DNA of 46,544 nucleotides from a virus (Duplodnaviria; Heunggongvirae; Uroviricota; Caudoviricetes): IMG/VR virus record IMGVR_UViG_2851955134_000005; one strand, 5' to 3'. Shown piece by piece: positions 38,201 to 46,544 of this stretch (position 1 is its first letter; each line of letters starts with the position of its first letter). The notes under the pieces were generated by a model. It saw only the letters and a program-made list of their open reading frames with translations, ran no database searches and was not told where the DNA came from. The position numbers and the translations under genes were made by a program.

Positions 38201-38776
38201 GGCGGTAATCCTCCGGCATTTTCCCTGACACCGGACGGGCGGCTGACGGCAAAAAATGCCGATATCAGCGGTAACGTGAATGCGAACTCCGGGACGCTCA
38301 ACAACGTCACGATTAACGAGAACTGCCGGGTTCTGGGAAAACTGTCCGCGAACCAGATTGAAGGCGATCTCGTTAAAACAGTGGGCAAAGCTTTCCCCCG
38401 TGACTCCCGTGCACCGGAACGGTGGCCATCAGGGACCATTACCGTCAGGGTTTATGACGATCAGCCGTTTGACCGGCAGATTGTTATTCCGGCGGTGGCA
38501 TTCAGCGGCGCTAAACATGAGAGAGAGCATACTGATATTTACTCCTCATGCCGTCTGATAGTGCGGAAAAACGGTGCTGAAATTTATAACCGTACCGCGC
38601 TGGATAATACGCTGATTTACAGTGGCGTTATTGATATGCCTGCCGGTCACGGTCACATGACGCTGGAGTTTTCGGTGTCAGCATGGCTGGTAAATGACTG
38701 GTATCCCACAGCAAGTATCAGCGATTTGCTGGTTGTGGTGATGAAGAAAGCCACCGCAGGCATCAGTATCAGCTGA
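35297..38776 (+). CDS. tail tip host-specificity protein J
   Basis: N-terminus [34 protein letters not shown] matches lambda J from memory; C-terminal part appears divergent. Confidence 0.9.
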
Positions 38777-38843
38777 ATTTTATAACCCCAATACGGGCGT
38801 CAGAAATGACGCCTTTTTTATTGCAGAAAAGCGAGAGGTAATT

Positions 38844-39443
38844 ATGCGTAAATTATGTGCTGTTATTCTGTCCGCAGTAGTCTGGCTGGTTGCCGCTGGT
38901 ACGCCAGCGAGCGCAGCAGAGCATCAGTCCACACTAAGCGCCGGGTATCTTCAGTCCCATACTGATATGCCCGGCAACGATGACCTGAAGGGCATTAACG
39001 TGAAATACCGTTATGAATTTACGGACACGCTGGGGCTGGTGACGTCATTCAGCTATGCAGGAGACAAGAATCGCCAGATTACCCGTTACAGCGATACCCG
39101 CTGGCATGAAGATTCAGTGCGTAACCGCTGGTTCAGCGTGATGGCGGGGCCGTCTGTACGCGTGAATGAATGGTTCAGTGCTTATGCGATGGCGGGTGTG
39201 GCTTACAGCCGTGTTTCGACGTTCTCCGGGGATTATCTCCGCGTAACTGACAACAAGGGGAAAACGCACGATGTGCTGACCGGAAGTGATGACGGTCGCC
39301 ACAGCGACACGTCTCTGGCGTGGGGAGCTGGCGTGCAGTTTAACCCGACCGAATCCGTGGCCATTGATATTGCTTATGAAGGTTCCGGCAGTGGCGACTG
39401 GCGTACTGACGGTTTCATCGTGGGTGTCGGTTATAAATTCTGA
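38844..39443 (+). CDS. lom: Lom/Ail-family outer membrane beta-barrel protein
   Basis: Signal peptide; C-terminus [26 protein letters not shown] matches lambda Lom from memory. Confidence 0.85.
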   Translation: MRKLCAVILSAVVWLVAAGTPASAAEHQSTLSAGYLQSHTDMPGNDDLKGINVKYRYEFTDTLGLVTSFSYAGDKNRQITRYSDTRWHEDSVRNRWFSVMAGPSVRVNEWFSAYAMAGVAYSRVSTFSGDYLRVTDNKGKTHDVLTGSDDGRHSDTSLAWGAGVQFNPTESVAIDIAYEGSGSGDWRTDGFIVGVGYKF

Positions 39444-39469
39444 TTAGCCAGGTAACACAGTGTTATTAC

Positions 39470-39497
39470 AGCCCGCCGGTTCAGGCGGGCTTTTTTG
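39470..39497 (+). terminator. rho-independent terminator after lom
   Basis: GCCCGCC-ggttca-GGCGGGC followed by six T. Confidence 0.7.
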
Positions 39498-39507
39498 TGG
39501 AGTGGAT

Positions 39508-41865
39508 ATGGCAGCAGTAAAAATCTCAGGTGTGCTGAAAGATGGTGCGGGAAAACCAATACAGAACTGCACTATTCAACTGAAGGCAAAGCGTAACAGC
39601 ACCACGGTACTGGTGAACACGGTGGCCTCTGAAAATCCGGATGAAGCCGGGCGTTACAGCATGGATGTTGAGTATGGCCAGTACAGCGTCACCCTGCTGG
39701 TTGAAGGTTTTCCGCCTTCACATGCCGGGATCATTACCGTCTATGAAGGTTCCAGACCCGGTACGCTGAATGATTTTCTCGGTGCCATGACGGAAGATGA
39801 CGTCATGCCGGAGGCATTGCGTCGTTTTGAGGCAATGGTGGAAGAAGCGGCACGCAACGCCGAAGCCGCCTCTCAGAGCGCAGCGGCGGCAAAGAAATCC
39901 GAAACGGCTGCGGCATCATCGAAGAACGCGGCGAAAACCTCAGAAACGAATGCAGCTAACAGCGCACAGGCGGCAGCGGCCTCGCAGACTGCATCGGCAA
40001 ACTCCGCGACAGCAGCCAAAAAATCAGAAACCAACGCGAAAAATAGCGAGACAGCCGCAAAGACGAGCGAAACCAACGCAAAGTCCAGCCAGACGGCAGC
40101 GAAAACCAGCGAAACGAATGCCAAAGCCAGTGAAACTGCGGCGAAAAATAGCCAGAATGCAGCAGCCGAAAGCGAGAGTGTGGCAGCTGGTTCTGCGACT
40201 TCAGCAGCTGGATCAGCAACTGCTGCGGCTAACAGCCAGAAAGCAGCGAAGACGAGCGAAACTAACGCAAAGTCCAGCCAGACGGCAGCGAAGACCAGCG
40301 AAACGAATGCCAAAGCCAGCGAAACTGCGGCGAAAAGCAGTCAGGATGCAGCAGCCCAAAGCGAGAGTGCCGCAGCTGGTTCTGCAACAGCGGCAGCTAA
40401 TAGCCAAAAAGCTGCAAAAACCAGTGAAACTAACGCAAAGACGAGTGAAACAAAAGCAGCAGCTAGCGAGACAGAAGCAACGTCAGCCGCAACAAGAGCA
40501 GAGAATGCAGCCCGGATTGCAGAAGATGCCGCTGATCCTGCTTCTGTCCCTCCGCTTCCTGATATCTGGCTACCCTTGAATGATTCTCTGGAAGCGATAA
40601 CAGGGTATGCCCCGGGCTATAAAACAATAACCATCGGCAGTGATGAAATAACAATGCCTGTTAATGGCATATGCCAATTTAGCCGGGCTTCATCTGCAAC
40701 GTATATTGATAAGTCCGGGCATATTACCGTGGCAGGGAATAACGTTCCTCGTTTTGAAAAATATGGTTTGCTGATAGAGAATCAGCGAACAAACATGTTC
40801 GTAAATAGTTTTAATCCTGATGCCTGGAATAAAAGCGGTGGTATATCTGTAACATCATCAACAGATGAATTTGAGTTTAAATATGGACGTTTCACGGTAG
40901 GAAGCGATATAGCAGGAACGACAACAGGGAGAAATATATGCACAGTTGCTGGTAACAAAGGCATAGATGTGACTGGCGATGATCAGTACAGTAAAGGTCC
41001 GTATGTTACCGCGTCGTTCAGGGTAAGAAGTGATCTCAATGTTCGCGCACGTATCCGTTTTGAACGGTATAACTCGGAAGGATACACCTTCCTTTGCGAC
41101 GCCTATTTGTCATTACAGACCCATGAACTACAAATTACTGGTGGCAATGCCCAGCTATTAACAGCAAACTTTGAAATCGATCCTGGTAGTGGATGGATAT
41201 ACTTTCAGGCAACACTGAAATGTCTGCCAGAATGGGGAATGGTTGGTACGCAGCTGCAAATTGCAGCCGACAGAGCTGTGGGGTCTTTTGCAACAGGTGA
41301 CTGGATAGAAGTAACCACCCCGCAATTCGAGTATGGTGCTTGTGCAACTTCCTTCATCATAACGACAACAGAGCCAGCGACTCGTGCATCAGATTTATGT
41401 AAATTTCCGCTGATGAAAAATATGTATACCATGCCTTTTACGTTCATGGTGGAAGTCCATAAAAACTGGTTTATTTCTCATAATGCTGCACCGCGTGTCA
41501 TTGATTCAGAAAATCACCAGTCCGGAGGCCCATTTATTATGGGGTTTGGTTCTTCTGGAACTATTAGTCAGGACGGTTATTCGTATTGCGATATAGGCGG
41601 GGCTAACCGACGTGTATATGAATCATGCGGAGTAAGGGATCTCGTTATGGGATTCAGGGTTAAGGCTGACGGCATGACATGCTCATTTGCAAATAAGCAT
41701 ATAAGCACTGAAACAAAAACAGTATGGAAATATATTCGTGAAGCAGCCGTGATTCGTATCGGGGGGCAAACGACGACAGGATTACGACACCTTAATGGTC
41801 ATATAAAAAACCTCCGTTTCTGGAACAGAGCATTGTCAGATACGCAGCTTAAGGAATACGTATAA
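39508..41865 (+). CDS. side tail fiber protein (Stf-like N-terminus, divergent C-terminal domain)
   Basis: N-terminus MAAVKISGVLKDGAGKPIQNCTIQLKAKRNSTTV matches lambda Stf; internal Ala/Ser/Thr-rich repeats. Confidence 0.8.
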   Translation: MAAVKISGVLKDGAGKPIQNCTIQLKAKRNSTTVLVNTVASENPDEAGRYSMDVEYGQYSVTLLVEGFPPSHAGIITVYEGSRPGTLNDFLGAMTEDDVMPEALRRFEAMVEEAARNAEAASQSAAAAKKSETAAASSKNAAKTSETNAANSAQAAAASQTASANSATAAKKSETNAKNSETAAKTSETNAKSSQTAAKTSETNAKASETAAKNSQNAAAESESVAAGSATSAAGSATAAANSQKAAKTSETNAKSSQTAAKTSETNAKASETAAKSSQDAAAQSESAAAGSATAAANSQKAAKTSETNAKTSETKAAASETEATSAATRAENAARIAEDAADPASVPPLPDIWLPLNDSLEAITGYAPGYKTITIGSDEITMPVNGICQFSRASSATYIDKSGHITVAGNNVPRFEKYGLLIENQRTNMFVNSFNPDAWNKSGGISVTSSTDEFEFKYGRFTVGSDIAGTTTGRNICTVAGNKGIDVTGDDQYSKGPYVTASFRVRSDLNVRARIRFERYNSEGYTFLCDAYLSLQTHELQITGGNAQLLTANFEIDPGSGWIYFQATLKCLPEWGMVGTQLQIAADRAVGSFATGDWIEVTTPQFEYGACATSFIITTTEPATRASDLCKFPLMKNMYTMPFTFMVEVHKNWFISHNAAPRVIDSENHQSGGPFIMGFGSSGTISQDGYSYCDIGGANRRVYESCGVRDLVMGFRVKADGMTCSFANKHISTETKTVWKYIREAAVIRIGGQTTTGLRHLNGHIKNLRFWNRALSDTQLKEYV
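40078..40455 (+). repeat. in-frame tandem repeat inside stf (about two copies of a 189-bp, 63-aa unit)
   Basis: GCAAAGTCCAGCCAGACGGCAGCGAA... recurs at 40078 and 40267; protein repeat AKSSQTAAKTSETNAKASETAAK... Confidence 0.6.
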
Positions 41866-42134
41866 TGCGGGATATAACATTACGATTCGATAACAGAGAA
41901 CAGTTTAACGCAATTGTATATGACAGTGGCCTGTTCAGTCTTGAAGAAGAAAACGGGGTTCTTGTTGATGTTATTGGCTGCATTATCGATTACGAGGAGC
42001 CAGAAAACGAAAGATGTACAGGCATTGATCGCGGTGGTTTTTTCGTAAACATGAGGATTGTTGATAGCAGTAAAAACATATCTTCTTTAATGCCTTTCAT
42101 TACGACAGATCAGCATGTAAGGACATGGGCTTAA
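41865..42134 (+). CDS. hypothetical 89-aa protein between the two fiber genes (possible fiber assembly factor)
   Basis: TAATG coupling to the stf stop; no recognisable family. Confidence 0.4.
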   Translation: MRDITLRFDNREQFNAIVYDSGLFSLEEENGVLVDVIGCIIDYEEPENERCTGIDRGGFFVNMRIVDSSKNISSLMPFITTDQHVRTWA

Positions 42135-42146
42135 TGGAGTAAGGCA

Positions 42147-43187
42147 ATGGTTACAAAAACAGTAATTCCTGATGACATCAAAACGCTAAAATCCGATGTT
42201 AGTAAACTACAAAACGATCAAGGAAGCTACGCAACAAAATCATATGTAGACAGCAAAGATGAAACCGTTGGTGACTGGTCTGCTTCATGGTATCAGCAGG
42301 TATTGCCAACTAGCGGAGCTATATTTGGGCGAAAACTTCGCTCAACTCACAGGACGGCAGGTGTTGAGGATGCGTATTGCGAACTATACCTTAAAAAATG
42401 GATAGACAGTCCAGGGAACGCAATGGCGCGCCTTAACCTGAACGATAACGGGACAAACATTTGCTGGGACTTTACCAACCTTTACGGCGGAACAATGATC
42501 TTCCCTGGTACTTCAGGTTATCTGAAAATGGGGAACTGCCTTATGTCATACAGCAAGCGTGGAAGTAACGCGCTTATTAAATTTGATTACACCGACACAT
42601 TACAGATCAAATATGCTAATCATGGGTCAACCATGACATTAAACACACAGGGAACCGCTCACGCTGGCGTAACAACTCGACTATGGGGCAATTCTAGCCG
42701 TCCGGTTGTTTATGAAGTTGGCGTAGATGAGGCTCTGTATATGTTCTACGCACAGAAAACTACCAGCAATACCTACGAATTAACGGTTAACGGCGCGTGC
42801 AATGCAAGTGCATTTAATCAAGGCTCTGACCGAGATCTGAAAGACAATATTCAGGTGATAGATAATGCAACCGACCGCATTCGTAAAATGAACGGCTATA
42901 CATACACGCTTAAAGAAAACGGTATGCCTTACGCTGGTGTTATTGCACAAGAAACCCTGGAAGCCATCCCCGAAGCCGTAGGGTCTATGATGAAATATCC
43001 AGACGGCGGGAGTGGATTAGATGGAGAAGAAGGTGAACGGTATTACACTGTAGATTATTCTGGTGTTACTGGCTTGCTTGTTCAGGTAGCCAGAGAGTCA
43101 GACGACAGAATAACAGCACTGGAAGAAGAAAACGCAGAATTAAGACAAAGATTATCTGCAATTGAGGCGGCGCTTGCGTCTAAATAA
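42147..43187 (+). CDS. second tail fiber with C-terminal intramolecular chaperone (S74-like) domain
   Basis: C-terminal SDRDLKDNI ... GYTY ... coiled-coil tail, typical of autoproteolytic fiber chaperone domains. Confidence 0.6.
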   Translation: MVTKTVIPDDIKTLKSDVSKLQNDQGSYATKSYVDSKDETVGDWSASWYQQVLPTSGAIFGRKLRSTHRTAGVEDAYCELYLKKWIDSPGNAMARLNLNDNGTNICWDFTNLYGGTMIFPGTSGYLKMGNCLMSYSKRGSNALIKFDYTDTLQIKYANHGSTMTLNTQGTAHAGVTTRLWGNSSRPVVYEVGVDEALYMFYAQKTTSNTYELTVNGACNASAFNQGSDRDLKDNIQVIDNATDRIRKMNGYTYTLKENGMPYAGVIAQETLEAIPEAVGSMMKYPDGGSGLDGEEGERYYTVDYSGVTGLLVQVARESDDRITALEEENAELRQRLSAIEAALASK

Positions 43188-43214
43188 TATTAATGGGCCG
43201 AGCGCCCCGTTTTA

Positions 43215-43517
43215 TTGGGTAGGATGAAAATGGATATAACACCTTTCCTTCATGCTCTTTGTGCTGTGGCTGCGCAGCTACTGATTGGTCTTTTTACCGG
43301 GAACTGGGCTTACGGAGCGATAGCCGGTTGTACGTTCTTCATTGCGCGTGAACACACCCAGGCAGAATATCGCTGGATTGAAATGTTCGGGCATGGCAAG
43401 CGTATGAATATGCCGTGGTGGGGCGGTTTTGATCCACGTGCATGGGATGTGGCAAGCCTGATGGATTTTGCTGTGCCGGTGGTGGCGTGTCTGCTGATCT
43501 GGATGTTGATCCGTTAA
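43215..43517 (+). CDS. small inner-membrane protein (start may be 43224 or 43230)
   Basis: Two hydrophobic segments; cargo position beyond the tail fibers. Confidence 0.45.
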   Translation: MGRMKMDITPFLHALCAVAAQLLIGLFTGNWAYGAIAGCTFFIAREHTQAEYRWIEMFGHGKRMNMPWWGGFDPRAWDVASLMDFAVPVVACLLIWMLIR

Positions 43518-43533
43518 ATATAAAAAGTAAAAA

Positions 43534-43567
43534 GCCGCAGTAACTTGTCATGATAGGATACTGCGGC
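43534..43567. terminator. hairpin between convergent genes
   Basis: GCCGCAGTA, 16-nt loop, TACTGCGGC. Confidence 0.3.
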
Positions 43568-43634
43568 TGGCTGGTTAACTTTCGATAGTGCGAGTATTGA
43601 ATGATTTCCAGCCGTTACCGATTTTACGTGTTAA

Positions 43635-43883
43635 TTAGTGAACAAACCACTCGTCAGCAGACTCCCAGGTATCTTTCAGAGTTTCCTGAACAAAAGTTTT
43701 AGCTGAATCTTTATCGGCGGTGCGCGTAACAGAAAGGCCATCGTTGCTGGTGGCTTTTACGATCACCTCTACATCGTCATAACGTTTACTGATGCGTCGG
43801 GTTAATTCTTCCTTTAACGCATCCACAGCACCGGTTGGCATTTTAGTCATTTTTTCTTTGGCTATGCAGATTTCAATACGCAT
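43635..43883 (-). CDS. dinI: DinI-like SOS-response modulator
   Basis: MRIE..IAK...P.GA.DAL..EL.RRI...........[13 protein letters not shown] parallels E. coli DinI. Confidence 0.8.
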   Translation of the reverse strand: MRIEICIAKEKMTKMPTGAVDALKEELTRRISKRYDDVEVIVKATSNDGLSVTRTADKDSAKTFVQETLKDTWESADEWFVH

Positions 43884-43896
43884 AAAAGTCCCTCTA

Positions 43897-43916
43897 TACT
43901 GTGTTTGTATACAGTG
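43897..43916. promoter_or_regulatory. LexA box (SOS operator) upstream of the dinI-like gene
   Basis: TACTGTgtttgtatACAGTG fits CTGT-N8-ACAG. Confidence 0.6.
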
Positions 43917-43944
43917 TTATTTTTAACTGTATGGATAAACAGTG

Positions 43945-45042
43945 TCAAGAGGTCTTATTTCTGCTCTTTTGGAGCTCTTCAAAACGATTATGTAAAGATT
44001 TCGGATACAGTTCGGTATATACCTGCCATAGCACGTTTAATGAACGATGCCCTGTAACTTGGGCGACTTCCTCAATACTAAAACCAGCCTCAAATAAGCG
44101 ACTTGCCCCTTCTCTACGCAAATCATGGTATCGCAGATCTTTAATACCTAATTTGCTTCTTACCCTCTGAAATCCCGCAGTAACAGAAGTGCTGTTATAT
44201 GGAAAAATGAATTCCGATTTTTGGGGCTGTCGTTGGACGATATCCCAGGCTTCCCCAAGCAAGGCTACTTTCATGTGGTTGCCTTCCTTTTTGCGTGGAT
44301 CTTTCCTGTCTCTTACGAGTATAGATTTTTGTTCCTGGTCGAGATCTTCCCATCGTAACCGGCATACTTCTCCGATTCGCATACAGGACCACACAGAAAA
44401 TTTGAGGATATCAACGAACGGAATTTTTGAGCATTTATGTGTAGATCGTTGTTGAAGACCTTCAATGAGCATGTCCAGTTCATCAGATGCCGGTCTACGA
44501 TTACGACGGTTTGATTTACCAATCAAACCAAGTTTAAGTAGATATGGACGAGCACTTTTCGCCGGGTTTGATGTGTAATTAATTCCGTATACAGGTTTGG
44601 CCGCATCAAGAACACTGCCAAGATAACTAACATCGTGGCTGACTGTTGCTGGACCTGCACCAGCGTTGTTTCTTAGCCTACAATGTTCAATTACGTCATT
44701 TTCTGTCAGTTCGGATAGTTTGATCGCGGAGATGTCACTATCCATAAGCAGTTCCAGCACATATCTTTTAGTACGACCTGCTTTACCTCCGGCATTTGGG
44801 TCATTTAAATATTTGTGTAGTAAGTCACGGACTGTAAGTCCGTCAACTGCATTTGATGATGGAATGCCATATAGATCTAATTCCATCACTTTCTGTGTAC
44901 CCCATGTTTTGGCATGGGCATGTTTAGGGAATGTTTTGCTTTCCCTGTAAGTGATAACACCTTTTTCTTTGATAATCACATTACAGCGATAGCGTGGTGT
45001 GCCATCGGATTTTAGTCGTTTCTCTATGTTATAGTACGCCAT
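43945..45042 (-). CDS. tyrosine integrase, dusA-targeting type
   Basis: 365 aa with candidate catalytic Arg/His/Tyr residues; divergent from dusA 5' end, 89 bp away. Confidence 0.85.
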   Translation of the reverse strand: MAYYNIEKRLKSDGTPRYRCNVIIKEKGVITYRESKTFPKHAHAKTWGTQKVMELDLYGIPSSNAVDGLTVRDLLHKYLNDPNAGGKAGRTKRYVLELLMDSDISAIKLSELTENDVIEHCRLRNNAGAGPATVSHDVSYLGSVLDAAKPVYGINYTSNPAKSARPYLLKLGLIGKSNRRNRRPASDELDMLIEGLQQRSTHKCSKIPFVDILKFSVWSCMRIGEVCRLRWEDLDQEQKSILVRDRKDPRKKEGNHMKVALLGEAWDIVQRQPQKSEFIFPYNSTSVTAGFQRVRSKLGIKDLRYHDLRREGASRLFEAGFSIEEVAQVTGHRSLNVLWQVYTELYPKSLHNRFEELQKSRNKTS

Positions 45043-45130
45043 TACACGACCTCGTTATTTCGGGTTCCCATAAATCGTGGGAACCTGTGCGGGAACCTAA
45101 CGCGAGAAAAATAGCCTGAAATGTTCAAAA

Positions 45131-46168
45131 ATGCACGATAATCCTGAAACACAGAAAACTAATCAAACCAGCGCGATGCCTGAGAAAACTGGCGCTTACG
45201 GGAGTTCTCGGTTTAGCATTGCTCCTATGCTCGACTGGACGGACAGACATTGCCGCTATTTCTTGCGTCTGCTTTCCCGCAATACGCTGCTGTATACCGA
45301 AATGGTGACCACAGGGGCGATTATTCACGGTAAAGGTGATTACCTGGCGTACAGTGAAGAAGAACATCCGGTAGCGTTGCAACTCGGCGGTAGCGATCCG
45401 GCGGCGCTGGCGCAGTGTGCGAAGCTGGCAGAAGCGCGCGGATATGATGAGATCAACCTGAATGTCGGCTGCCCGTCTGACCGGGTGCAGAACGGCATGT
45501 TTGGTGCGTGTCTGATGGGTAATGCGCAGCTGGTTGCCGACTGCGTGAAAGCGATGCGCGATGTGGTGTCGATTCCGGTGACGGTGAAAACGCGTATTGG
45601 CATCGATGACCAGGACAGCTATGAATTTCTCTGCAATTTCATCAACACCGTTTCCGGCAAAGGCGAGTGTGAGATGTTCATCATCCACGCACGTAAAGCC
45701 TGGCTTTCGGGGTTAAGTCCGAAAGAAAACCGTGAGATCCCGCCGCTCGATTATCCGCGTGTGTATCAACTGAAGCGTGACTTTCCGCATCTGACAATGT
45801 CGATTAACGGTGGTATCAAGTCGCTGGAAGAGGCCAAAGCACACCTGCAACATATGGATGGCGTGATGGTCGGGCGCGAGGCGTATCAGAATCCGGGTAT
45901 TCTGGCGGCGGTAGACCGGGAGATCTTTGGTTCCTCGGATATCGATGCCGATCCGGTGGCGGTAGTGCGCGCCATGTATCCGTACATTGAGCGTGAACTC
46001 AGCCAGGGGACGTATCTCGGTCATATTACCCGGCATATGTTGGGCTTGTTCCAGGGTATTCCTGGCGCGCGGCAGTGGCGGCGTTATTTAAGTGAAAATG
46101 CCCATAAAGCGGGTGCAGACATTAATGTGCTGGAACACGCGCTCAAACTGGTGGCGGATAAGCGTTAA
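45131..46168 (+). CDS. dusA: tRNA-dihydrouridine synthase A with phage-supplied N-terminus
   Basis: Full-length 345 aa; TIM-barrel Dus motifs; N-terminal 35 residues differ from the displaced copy at 1635. Confidence 0.9.
   Translation: MHDNPETQKTNQTSAMPEKTGAYGSSRFSIAPMLDWTDRHCRYFLRLLSRNTLLYTEMVTTGAIIHGKGDYLAYSEEEHPVALQLGGSDPAALAQCAKLAEARGYDEINLNVGCPSDRVQNGMFGACLMGNAQLVADCVKAMRDVVSIPVTVKTRIGIDDQDSYEFLCNFINTVSGKGECEMFIIHARKAWLSGLSPKENREIPPLDYPRVYQLKRDFPHLTMSINGGIKSLEEAKAHLQHMDGVMVGREAYQNPGILAAVDREIFGSSDIDADPVAVVRAMYPYIERELSQGTYLGHITRHMLGLFQGIPGARQWRRYLSENAHKAGADINVLEHALKLVADKR
45226..45233 (+). other. attR crossover region candidate (ATGCTCGA)
   Basis: Counterpart of 1731-1738. Confidence 0.45.
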
Positions 46169-46249
46169 CTTTTCACCAAAAAATAGTCAAATTCACCACG
46201 CCCTGCGCACCGTCGCGGGGCGTTTTGCTGTTAAATCAATAGATTATTT

Positions 46250-46266
46250 TTGGCATGATTCTTGTA
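46250..46266 (+). promoter_or_regulatory. sigma-54 type promoter candidate for pspG
   Basis: TGGCAT-gattc-TTGT fits the -24/-12 spacing of TGGCAC-N5-TTGC; pspG is a known sigma-54/PspF target. Confidence 0.45.
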
Positions 46267-46301
46267 ATGCCAGCAAGAGATTTCATATTTGGGAGTGCAT
46301 C

Positions 46302-46544
46302 ATGCTGGAACTACTTTTTGTGATTGGCTTTTTTGTCATGCTGATGGTCACCGGCGTTTCGTTGCTGGGCATTATCGCCGCGCTGGTTGTGGCGACGGCC
46401 ATTATGTTCCTCGGCGGTATGCTGGCATTGATGATTAAGTTGCTGCCGTGGTTACTACTGGCGATTGCGGTGGTGTGGGTTATTAAGGCGATTAAAGCAC
46501 CAAAAGTGCCGAAATATCAGCGTTATGACCGCTGGCGTTACTAA
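46302..46544 (+). CDS. pspG: phage shock protein G
   Basis: 80-aa membrane protein MLELLFVIGFFVMLMVTG...; position downstream of dusA. Confidence 0.85.
   Translation: MLELLFVIGFFVMLMVTGVSLLGIIAALVVATAIMFLGGMLALMIKLLPWLLLAIAVVWVIKAIKAPKVPKYQRYDRWRY

Noticed and set aside
40057-40455. Possible CRISPR-like repeat array
   Set aside because: The repeats are 189-bp in-frame coding repeats inside the tail fiber, with no short repeat-spacer periodicity and no cas genes.
39797-40579. 260-aa Arg/Lys/Gln-rich ORF in an alternative frame of stf, plus minus-strand ORFs 39873-40407
   Set aside because: Artefacts of the repetitive Ala/Ser/Thr-coding region of stf.

Overview
The window is dominated by a roughly 43.5-kb lambdoid prophage (about 1,740-45,230) integrated into the 5' end of dusA. 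Left flank: a partial IS1 (1-331, complete insA) that truncates an AT-rich ORF, followed by the displaced original dusA 5' end. Right flank: intact dusA carrying a phage-supplied 5' end, then pspG. The prophage is a mosaic: CPS-53-like early-left genes (YfdP/Q/R/S-like, DUF551 proteins, DEDD exonuclease, Xis-like), a CI/Cro immunity region, O-like replication gene with iterons, RusA, KilA-N, DUF968, Q antiterminator, phage-21-like lysis cassette (pinholin, SAR endolysin, Rz/Rz1), cos site, terminases, portal, protease-capsid fusion, a lambda-like tail module (Z,U,V,G/T,H,M,L,K,I,J), Lom, Stf, a second tail fiber, a DinI-like gene with a LexA box, and a tyrosine integrase. All assignments are from reading the translations and sequence by eye; no database search was run. 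The best candidates for undescribed or accessory biology are: (1) a translationally coupled pair next to attL, a Panacea/DUF4065-like protein plus an unrecognised 139-aa partner; (2) a ~460-bp GC-rich, ORF-poor, highly structured segment between the early-left genes and the immunity region, next to an AT-rich 167-aa gene with its own terminator; (3) a lipoprotein cassette bracketed by duplicated terminator copies between Q and the lysis genes; (4) a protein consisting only of a LexA-type DNA-binding domain, in a phage that also carries a LexA box. No CRISPR array, tRNA or rRNA was seen.
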